A stretch of 64,000 nt of DNA. Source: Lophium mytilinum (Eukaryota). A model generated the notes under the pieces. That model made no database searches. It had not been told where the DNA came from and saw nothing but the letters and a program-made list of their open reading frames with translations. The stretch lies in the NCBI GenBank assembly GCA_010093605.1, contig MU004197.1, positions 558,001 to 622,000 of the forward strand, written 5' to 3'. Both the position numbers and the translations under genes were made by a program. Below are positions 11,257 to 21,019 of this stretch, in pieces (within the stretch, counting starts at the first letter, position 1; the number at the start of each line of letters is the position of its first letter).

Positions 11257-12213
11257 TTAGCTTTGCCTATCTCCATCGCCCCTCTTCCCCTGTCCCTCTT
11301 TGAATTGGTATCCCGTCTTATCCTCACCATGGAACTGGGTGCAATGTGCCCTCTTGCATCCCTTCCCGTGGCCCCAGCGCACATGCTCCTCAAACGGCCT
11401 ACAGGTTTGATAAAGGCACTCTGTCTTTGCCGTCTGGCAGTTCTGGCAATTTGATCCACCATCGCAGTCCAGCTTCGACCGAAAGCAGTGGCAGCAGCAG
11501 AGTTTACGGACGGGGGCTTCAAGCCGGGCACGCTTGTATTCTCGTAAACTCTCTAACTCTGTGTAGACCTGGCTCATACTGGCCTTCTCTTGTGTCATTG
11601 TCTTGAGTTCCTCCTCAGTGGCTTGGTTGCTCTCGTGTAGCTGATCGTATCGGCGCTTGAGCTGACGGTGATCCGTCATCCACTTCCTAACGTCGTCCGC
11701 GGTAGAGTCGTACTTGGCCTTCGACTGCTTGCGCTGCTGCTCGCACTGCTCCCGAAGGTCCTCGTTTGCAGTCTTAAGCTCTTGAATCGTCTTGTGGCGA
11801 TTGCGTAGCTGAGTTGTGTGTTTGGCTTCAACCCTCTCGGCCTCGTCTTCGAGCTCTTGGATACGGTCGTAGTACTTGCGAAGCTCGTCGTCGTGATTGG
11901 CATACTGGTGCTTGAGCTGTAGAATTTCCTGTTCCTTGGCTTCAAGTTGACGAATGTGTGATCGTTCGATTTGCTGGCGATCCTCCATAATTGCGGTACC
12001 ATTTGCCAAGTTTTGAACTCGAGCCGCCGTCTTCTCGCAGACATGGTGTTGACGGATATCCTGCAAGAGTACCACTATCTCCAGCTTCTTACGAACGTCA
12101 GGTGTTTCGATGATGGCGTCGATGAGGTTTTGATGCTCGGAGTCTCCCACGTCCCAGTGCTTTCCCTGGCATACTGGGCAGTCGGTTTTCGAGAAGTTCG
12201 GTTCAAGCGACAT
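11257..12213 (-). CDS. Family member g6: full architecture (318 aa), closest to g2
   Basis: CPVCQGKH; coiled coil; KRAR; CCHC-x6-C-DGGSN-CQNC-x6-C; C-x14-C-x4-C-x3-H with the HGKGC..CTQ.H.ED..GY.F tail shared with g2. Confidence 0.85.
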   Translation of the reverse strand: MSLEPNFSKTDCPVCQGKHWDVGDSEHQNLIDAIIETPDVRKKLEIVVLLQDIRQHHVCEKTAARVQNLANGTAIMEDRQQIERSHIRQLEAKEQEILQLKHQYANHDDELRKYYDRIQELEDEAERVEAKHTTQLRNRHKTIQELKTANEDLREQCEQQRKQSKAKYDSTADDVRKWMTDHRQLKRRYDQLHESNQATEEELKTMTQEKASMSQVYTELESLREYKRARLEAPVRKLCCCHCFRSKLDCDGGSNCQNCQTAKTECLYQTCRPFEEHVRWGHGKGCKRAHCTQFHGEDKTGYQFKEGQGKRGDGDRQS

Positions 12214-12820
12214 GTTGGTGTAGATATGGCTCCTTTGATAGCAAGGAGGAGCTTGAAGTGGCGGGGATTGCTCAAGAGAAGGTTGTGACGAGCCTGTGGA
12301 AGCTCAGGCTGCGTGTGCTAGCCTTTAGCTACTGAGTGTAAAAAATTTGCCGCTGACCTAATCTGTTCTATTCACCAACGTTTCGTGGAGTGGCAAGGTT
12401 TTCTAGGTCAGGGCGCAATTATACCGCTCTTACAACGCGACCTGTCCTCTACAATACCATCCCCAATCAGATCAACAATACAGTACCAGACCACAGATTT
12501 GGGCACGCGAAATTGTCACTGCTTGGCTCACAGATTGCTCCCCGGAGACCACTGTGAGGGGTAGCCTGGCTACTAGGCAGACAGTCATTCAAGACACAGT
12601 CCAATCTGCACTGTTTGGAACTCGGCTTCCTGTTGAATCTTCGACGTTCCGTGGGGTAACCCCAAGCAGTGGCAAACCAAACGCCAAACTCAGATACCTT
12701 CATCTCAATCTCCACTGTAAGCGCTTCTCGAGTACACAATGCCCTTTTCTCCGCTTCCGAATTCTTGCTTTTGTTTCAACGAACTCAGTTTCACGTCTTA
12801 TTCACTGACAACCTGCCAGT

Positions 12821-13583
12821 ATGGCTGACAACCTTGGAGACCCCTCGAACGCGGTTTCGATGCTGCTAAAGAGGATCGAAGAGCTTGAAATCGAGACGGC
12901 CAAGCTGAAGCGCGAGAAGGCCAGTGCCAACGCCGCGCACGAACTTATCGACGATCAGTTGGACAATCTGTACGGCGAGCAATTGGAACACAAGCGAGTG
13001 TGGGAAAAAGATACCGCCGAGAAAGAATGCCAAATTGAGGAATTGAAGGATATCATAGAGGGGGTGAAGGACGAACGGAACGACTACAGGTTCGAGGTGG
13101 AGGAGCTGACCGATGAGAACTACGTGCTGCGAAAAGATCGAGATAAACTACAGGCCGCGTTGGAAGGCAAAGATGAAGAAATCGCAGTTTTGAAGGCTCG
13201 GTTTGCCAGCAAAGATGCAACTATCGACCGGCTCGTGAAAGAAAACGCCCGACTCCAGGAGGTTGAGGATACAGACATCATGGAAGATATTATGGAGAGC
13301 ACAATTCGGAAAAGCAACTCCCAGCGAACCAACCTTCTGCCCAAGAGCCGTGACCTCCAACCCGAACTGGTCCTTTCTTTGGCAGCTCCGAAGGCGCCCA
13401 TGGCTCTTCGTCAGGACGCGCAATCCTTCAACGACACCAAGCTCCCTATCCGACACAACAAGAGAAAGCGCCCCAATCCTACGACTTGAGCTGCCTGTCT
13501 TGAAACAGGACTGTCTGCGATGGAGGCCAACCAGCAGTGCCTGCAAACAGTCTGGCAATGAGAAGGATTGCAAGTATGTCTAA
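12821..13583 (+). CDS. Family member g7: coiled-coil ORF (12821-13489) followed by a disrupted Zn2Cys6 relic (13487-13583); paralogue of g3
   Basis: ENARLQEVE..IMESTIRK matches g3 ENTRLQKAE..IMENTIRR. The stop lies at the first-Cys position, and the remaining Cys residues are spread over three frames. Confidence 0.75.
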
Positions 13584-13907
13584 GCTAAACGGCAAAGATG
13601 ATGATGATTTGGCGATTATGCTTGTTTGAAGTTGCGGAACAACGGTGCAGGGATTGGCGGATCTTAAATCCGAAGGCGAACTCGACAATCGGGCGGTGGA
13701 CTCTGGGTTGATATTGGGGATGACCGTTGTGGGGAGCTGTCTGAGTTGATACGGAAGATTTTGCGGGGGGTGAATAGATGGGATCTTGAGCGGGGAGTGG
13801 GACCTAGCATGGATGTGGCGTCTTACAGAAGAGAGATGTTTGGTTAGGAAGAGTACTTTGGTATCATTTTACGTACCCAAGTCTATATCGTGCTGGATAC
13901 TTCATCC

Positions 13908-15330
13908 TTAATCCTCGAAAATGACCTCCTGCACTGCCTCCCACAACGAGAGTACATAAGGATCTCCAAATGGGAGAATCTGAGTCATGCACACAGCCGC
14001 AACGCCCTTCTCTCGGTCCAGAGCCCAGAAGCAGTTGCTGAGCCCTGCTGCAGCTCCTCTAGGGAATCCATCCTTCTCGCACGAAGCTGCATTTGTAGCC
14101 TTTGGATTGGCCTGTAGTTGAAAGTTGAGCCCCCATCCGAAATAACCCTCCACCGGCACTGTCTTTGAGGCTGGAGGGACCATAAGGTCAGGTCGGGAAA
14201 CTTCATTAGCAAATTCAACGTGCTTTGCCATGTAGTCTGGGATCTGATTCTGGAACATCTGGTCGATGGTCTCCCGTAGCAGGACTCGTTGCTGGGTGTG
14301 AGGCGATACGCCGTTGTTGAGGATCATACTTAGTACTCGAGTGTAGTCGGCAGCTGTGCTTAGAAGACCGGCTTGTGGATGTCAGCTTTATACTTAGGAA
14401 GGCCGATCGGATCGGCGATGATCCAAAGCATTACTACTAACCCCCGGCAGATTGAAATGCGTCTTCCATCTCTGCGCGAGCTGGTCCATAGAAATGTGCT
14501 CGCGCGGCTAGATCCTTTCCTCTTTGATGGAAGATTGCCATTTTAGACCGCGTCTCTTGAGAAGGCACAAAGCTCGTGCTGGCCATTCCAAGAGGCTGGA
14601 ATATATTGGTCTTCGTAAACTCCTCTAGGCTTGTGCCTGAACGTCGTTCAATGAATATACCAACCCAGTCAATTCCAACCTGCAGCAATTTATCAGCATG
14701 GGACCGAACGTTAGACCGAGTACGGGGATATATACAGAGTACTGATGACTAGTTCCTGGCTCGTAAATCAGCGGCTGCTGAACCCCTTCTATTTTCCCTT
14801 GAAACTCGTCCTTGGTCGCATCTTTGCCGAAGTGGTGGGTCCAAAGATCTTCGTTGGTATAGAACGAATACGAAAATCCTGCAGTCTGGAGTGAACCGAA
14901 TCATCAGCTTCATATCTCTGAGTTCTCTACAGGGGTCTGCAAATCAGCCACTAACATGCGTCATCAACATCCGCAGCGTAATCCGATTCGCTTTCGGCCT
15001 TAGCTTCCCATGCTCCAAGATCTGAATATCCTTCAGCTCCGGCACGACTTCTTCTAACAGGTCTGCCGAATCCAAATCTGCTTTTCTTTGTTCCACTAGT
15101 TGCATCAGCGCAATAGCCGAGATCAATTTCGTGCATGAGGCTATCCAGAATACCGCGTCCGTTGTCATTGGCTCCTCAACACCTAGCCCGCGGATGCCCG
15201 ACGCGTTGGAGTATTTGGTGTGTCCAAGCCGGTCCACCACCTGGACGACGAGCCCGGGTACATGTTGAGGGTCTGAGGTGGCATTTTGGACCAAAGAGCT
15301 CAGACGGCTGGCGGTTGATGATGAAGACAT
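13908..15330 (-). CDS. Beta-lactamase-family serine hydrolase (family VIII esterase / LovD-like), multi-exon
   Basis: FWIASCTK (SxxK), ITLRMLMTH, GIDWVGIFIERRSG..LEEF...IFQPLGM; about three introns. Confidence 0.85.
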
Positions 15331-15704
15331 TTGTTCAGCTTTGACGTTAGGGATTGAGCATTTATTGCTGCCGGGAAACTACCCAGAGTAAATTGGAAGC
15401 AGCTTTATGAAAAGTGATATCGGCGGCGCAAACAATTGATCGGAGCTAGAACTATCTGCGAGGTGCTCGCTTGCCCAAACTTTTTGGAGCGAGCGGGGTT
15501 CTTTCGCGCTAGCGAGACCACCACAACCGTCGCGGATCAAACTCCCGATGTGCGGTGTTTCGGTGCAACCTTCGTGATAGAGCAGCTCATGTACCTCCTC
15601 GCTATTGATATCCAGTTCGACTTCAAGCTAAGAATCATGTTTCTCGTATCTATATCTTCGATATCATCCTTCCCTCTCTACCCGCATTTTGAGAAATATA
15701 TACA

Positions 15705-16830
15705 ATGACTATGACGTCTTCTGCGTGGGAAGCACAAGCATCGATATGCTGCACGATCCTTAAGAACTCTATCCCAACAGTATTTGAGCCTTCAACCGAG
15801 GAGCTACCGCCAAATGATCGTCTCAGTGTGCTAGATGTACCAGCTGAGAGCGGAAGGCTGTCGTCTAGAGAAATATAGATTACTGAGTGCGACGCAACGC
15901 ATCTCGTGGCTGAGATAGCTGCTGGCAGTTGGACCGCCGAAGAAGTCACGACAGCATATCTGAAAATGGCGACTATAGGCCAACAGCTGGTAGATTCGTC
16001 CCTAATGTAATGAACATGATCATAGTCTAACACATCCTTTAGTTGAACTTTGCAACGGAGTTCCTAGCGGATGAAGCTTTAGAATGCGCAAAATCGCTAG
16101 ATGAGTATTACAAGAACACGGGAAAGATTAAAGGGCCGCTGCATGGGGTGCCGATATCTGTCAAAGTATGTTCTCCCTAAATTCGCGGATTCAAAGCTCC
16201 CAATTCACCTGGTGGATAGCTGGTTTGTTATCTGTACAGATATTCATAACAGCTAACGATTGCCCATTAGGAGCACGTTGGTATCGGAGGCAAAATTTGT
16301 AATACTGGTTACGTCTCATGGATATCGAACATCGCTGTAGAAGATGCATTGACCATACAACTGCTTAGAAAGTCGGGCGCGGTCATTCTTCTACGTACGA
16401 ATGAACCTCAATCGTTGATGGTAAGTAGTCACTCGCATTATTGATATAACATCCGTGGTAACGAACTTTAACAGCATGGCGATACAAACAACAACATCAC
16501 TGGAATTACCTTGAACCCAACAAATCGGACTCTAAGTGCCGGAGGATCTTCAGGAGGCGAAGGCTCATGCATAGCCTTCAAAGGCTCAGCGATTGGGGTT
16601 GGTACCGACATCGGTGGCTCCATTCGCATCCCATCTTCGTTTAACGGCGTGTACGGCTTCCGTCCTACAGCGTTGAGGTTGCCTTATAAAGGTGTCCACA
16701 CCGTCGCTGGAGGCCAGGAGGCCTTGAGGTCAGTAATCGGACCATTATCGCGCAGCGTTGACGACTTGGAGTTATTTATGAGAAGCGTTTTGCAGCATGA
16801 GCCTTGGGATATCGAGGTCGGCCTTGCTCC
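15705..16830 (+). pseudogene. Amidase-signature family pseudogene (nonsense codon and 3' truncation)
   Basis: GPLHGVPISVK, GGSSGGEG and GTDIGGSIRIP motifs across four exons. In-frame TAG at 15876-15878. Homology ends just after EPWDIE. Confidence 0.8.
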
Positions 16831-17008
16831 TCTTTTGTTTTGTGTTCTTTAGATACCTTAGATTTGGATTAGGAGACGCGTTTGATAGAGCGCCTGGTAC
16901 TCTCGCTCTTGCGGAGCGGGATACCCAAACCAATGGCAAGGCGTCGGAGTACAATATGACGAGATTCTCTGGGTGCTTTTTCTGAGATGCGTGGCCATTG
17001 ATGATCTA

Positions 17009-17363
17009 CAGTGACAGGCCATAAGTCTGGGCACACCGGTTCACCACTGCTTGGTGCACCCCTATATACTTCGAAGATCCGAAGGCGATGTCAAGTTCCA
17101 AGACGTGCAGATTAGAGTGTCTTCTGACTAAGTATCTCCTTTACAGTCAGGCTTACCCCTACAGCAGTATTGCGTTGACAGGACTAAAGCTTCTTTAGCT
17201 AAACATGCGACATTAGATATGATATTAACGCAATAATGATAAGACTACCTCTTGACACGGTGGTCGCCGACTAGTGGGGCTGCCCCTTACAGTAGTGTCA
17301 AGTGCGCAACGTTGAAGCTAAGCAGTGCTAAATCTGTGTGCCCAGACTTATGGCTTAGTAGTG
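17009..17363. mobile_element. Non-autonomous TIR element (MITE), Tc1/mariner-like, 355 bp
   Basis: Perfect 19-bp inverted repeat GCCATAAGTCTGGGCACAC (17018-17036 and 17336-17354), CA...TG ends, and flanking TA at 17007-17008 and 17364-17365. Confidence 0.75.
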
Positions 17364-17689
17364 TACAGACGAGGATCTGGCCCAACTAGGGATTCAAGTA
17401 AGGCTCGCCGTGCGGTGTGTTATCGCTAGATGTGATTCTAGACTAGATGGCAGCAAGGCTATTTCTTCAACTGGATCTTGGCATCTGGTTGAACAAGCGG
17501 CAGCGGGTATGTGCGCGTGCATGCCACGTGGGTGAAGCAATCAGAGAAACATCCCCGAGGTGAGGTGAAACGCACTCGAGATCCCAACCTCAGCGCTTAC
17601 TAGTAAGGACCTGTCCTGAATAAGGGCTTAAATAGTAAATAATTTTGGCAGGTCTCCAATCAATGTATTCAGCAGCTTCCGCTCGGTCG

Positions 17690-17887
17690 CCGCCCTGGGG
17701 GTGTACGCCATACGTTGCCTGTCGCCGAGGGTTCGATTCCCGGAGTAGTCAGAGACGGACAAAATGTATTTGCACTTGATAAAAGGCTGCATGGGTTTCG
17801 TAGTGGAGGCGGCCCGATCCTGAAGTGATTCAATGGGGTCCGCTACGACAGTCAGGTTGGGGGCTGTCTGAGAGGTAAGTTTTTTTT
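17690..17887 (+). other. tRNA-derived SINE-like or Pol III-type element
   Basis: B-box GGTTCGATTCC at 17730-17740, preceded by a tRNA-Asp-like GCCTGTCGC; downstream hairpins; T8 run at 17880-17887. No complete cloverleaf. Confidence 0.4.
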
Positions 17888-18862
17888 CTTCCTTTTTACT
17901 TGGTTTCCAAGCCCTCCTAGAAAGCGAAAGGCGACAAATCTAAGGCCTTTGACTCTTTTTTAACGAAGTATAAGCAGTGGCGTGGCTAATAAATGTAGCT
18001 CCTTTGTACGCGTAGTATAATGTCTCTAGGACGTAAGAGTTAGAGTAAGGGAGTTGGTTAGAACATATCTTTTGTATAATGGACGATGTTAGTGTAGTGT
18101 ATAAAAGGGCGAGATTCTAGACTTTGTACAGCATTGGAGTAGGTGTCCAGGCCATTCGTCTGAAGTTGCACGGCTCAACGTTCCTCCACCCCGCCTGAGT
18201 CAGCTTCGAAAACGGAGTTCACTCCAGGCGTTTTATACTCCAATCCACCGCCTCGCACGCCCCATCCGACGGCACACTCCTCAACGAATTGTCCTGAGCT
18301 AGACCCGATGCACTCGTCCGCACCTCAACCAAACGTCCGCGTATCTGCTCTGCTCTGAGCCAGCCTCGGCCGCGCGTGCCAATGAGCATCCCCTCACCGC
18401 CCACGCAAGGGTGAGAGGACCCTGAGTTCAGCCCTAAACGTGTCACCACCAACGGGCTTGCATGTGACGGGAATGTCGCAATCAGCGAGCAAAGGCGAGG
18501 AATCTGAAAGAGCCGAGTTTGATTTTGAGGCAATTGACGGTGCCGCTCGTGAAAGCCCTCGATCTGCTCGGACGGCCGCAGTCAATGCCCTCGGCGAGGA
18601 CCTCCACACCGCCTGGACCCCGACCCCCGTTGCGGGAAGAAGCCGCTACCCTACCGCGTGCCGTAGAAAGTGGCTCCCATGGATCAGCCCTTGGCAAGCA
18701 CAATCAACCTCCTAGCAAAATGCGCTTACCGTCTGGCCCGCTGGGCACGCACCCCTTGTTAGCCCCAGGAGCAGAAAACTCGACATTTGTTCGAGTCTTC
18801 TGTCCTCTCCAGCTCTCTCCTCCCTCAATTCCCTCCAGTCTGCCCTGATCTCCTTCGCCAGC

Positions 18863-20296
18863 ATGCAGGACGTCAACATCTTAGAGCTGCGTCGAGCCAT
18901 TCCCGACTACTGCTTCAAAGCCTCGACCGCTCGCTCGCTGAGCTATGTAGCGCGGGACATCTTCCTGGCGGGCTCGCTCGCCTACCTCGCCCTCTACACG
19001 ATCCCCACCTACACCACCTCCTCCTCCCTCCCTCGATTCCTCGCATGGCAGCTCTACGGCTTTTGCCAGGGCCTCGTCGGCACCGGTATCTGGATTCTTG
19101 CCCACGAGTGCGGCCACGGAGCCTTTTCCGCCAGCACTCGTCTGAACAACGTGGTGGGATGGGCTCTGCATTCCTCCCTCCTCGTGCCCTTCTTCTCGTG
19201 GAAGTTCACCCACCACCAGCACCACCAGTTCACTGGCCACATGAGCAAGGACACGGCATTCGTGCCCGTCCGTGAGGAGGAGCCCATCTCCGACTTCGCT
19301 GCGGCAATGGAGAGCCTTGAGGACATGACCGAAGACGCCCCCATCGTTGCGTGCCTGCGTCTCATTTTCGCGCAGACACTCGGCTGGCCGCTCTACCTCA
19401 TCTTCCAGATCACCGCAGGCAAGGGGTCGGACATCCACAAGGGCAACCGCAAGACAACATGGTATAACAAGAGTCATTTCGCGCCGGGCGGCGTCCTCTT
19501 CACCGCCCAGCAATGGAAGTACATCTTTGCGTCTGACGTCGGGCTCGGCCTCACCTTCGCTGCGCTGTGGGTGCTCAAGGAGCGCATGGGGTGGGCGATG
19601 GTGTGGAACCTGTATGGGCTGCCGTACATGTGGGTGCACCATTGGCTCGGTAAGTTTTGCTTGTCCCTGATCTGCACCACCATCGTGGACCCTGAAAACT
19701 AACATTTCGCCAGTCGCCATCACCTACCTGCACCACACGCACGCCGACCTGCCGCACTTCGAGGCGGATTCATGGACCTTTGCAAGAGGCGCGACGTCGA
19801 CCGTCGACCGTGATATGGGCTTCATTGACCGCCACCTCTTCCACGGCATCATCGGAACTCACGTGTGCCATCATCTGTTCCCGTAAGCACCTCCCAAAGC
19901 ACAACCCCTCTACCCCTCTACCCCATACCCCATCCCCATCCACACTTTCCCCACACCCCACCTCCGCAAAGCTAACCCGTTCCCAGCCGCATCCCCTTCT
20001 ACTACGCCGAAGACGCCACCGCCGCCATCGTCCCCGTCCTCGGCGCCGCCTACCACAAAGACAGCACCCCCTTCATGCTCTCCCTGTGGCGCACCTTCAC
20101 CACCTGCCGCTGGGTAACCCCCGTCACGCTGCCCGACGGCCAGGGCACCATGCGCGTCTGGACAACCAAACGCGCCACGCCCGCCGTAGGCGCGAAGCCG
20201 AAGCCCTCAGCCTCGGGCATCTCCAACCTGAAGAAGCGACGGGAGAGCATGACCGCGTCGGCGCAGACGGTGCGGCCGGTCGTCATCAAGGGGTGA
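18863..20296 (+). CDS. Delta-12 / omega-type fatty acid desaturase (5' end uncertain, may extend upstream)
   Basis: His boxes HECGH, HHQHH and HVCHH; LRRAIPDYCF; introns at about 19649-19713 and 19883-19987. Confidence 0.9.
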
Positions 20297-21019
20297 TTGG
20301 GTGAATGGGGGCGGAAATTCATGGATTGCTCGTTTAGAAGCATGAGCGTGATGTTAAGTAGTGACCCTCGCATCGGCAAGAAAAAAGCAGCTTGGATTAG
20401 ACGGCTCGGCTTGGAATAGACGGCCTGCGCTAGAAATGACTAGAAACACACTGCGACGGGCTTTGGTTTGGTTTTTTAGCTTAGAGAGTGTGTGTATTCT
20501 AACGAATAGATGACGCAGAAGCAAGCAGCAAAAGACGGTTTGTTTTTCCCCTTCTAAATCGAGTTGATGCAGATGCGCTTTACTTTACGTACGGTACTGC
20601 GACTTTGAAATCCAAAATCGACCGAAAACACGCTTTTTTTTACCACGGCGCTTCACGAAAAGCTCTGATACTTGGTGTACTATTCTCTCTAATCTTCCTT
20701 ACTTTACTGCCTTAGGTATCTTTCCAATGCCGTCGTTGCATGATATGAGCTGGGGGTGATTGATGCGTGAAGAACGGAGCAGCGATGATCATAAACACTA
20801 CAGCACTGTTCTCATCCCATCCCAAAGCCTCGAAGAGAACCATGCTTCATATAGTAGAGTAGTAGTACCCTAACCTCTTTTCCCATGCACAGCACAACAA
20901 AAACGCCCAAAAAATCCGCTAAACGGGTATCAAACAACCACAACCCCTAAAACTACACATCCCCAAAGCCCCACGCGATGCTCCGGTCGAAACGCCGACT
21001 CCCCCCCCTCCTCCCCTCC

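Noticed and set aside
17700..17750. Functional tRNA-Asp gene
   Set aside because: Only the B-box and an anticodon-like piece are present; acceptor and D arms cannot be formed.
17780..17882. U1 snRNA on the minus strand (ACTTACCT)
   Set aside because: No U1-70K loop, U1A loop or Sm site at suitable spacing.
18881..19723. 280-aa minus-strand ORF
   Set aside because: It is antisense to the desaturase and explained by codon bias.
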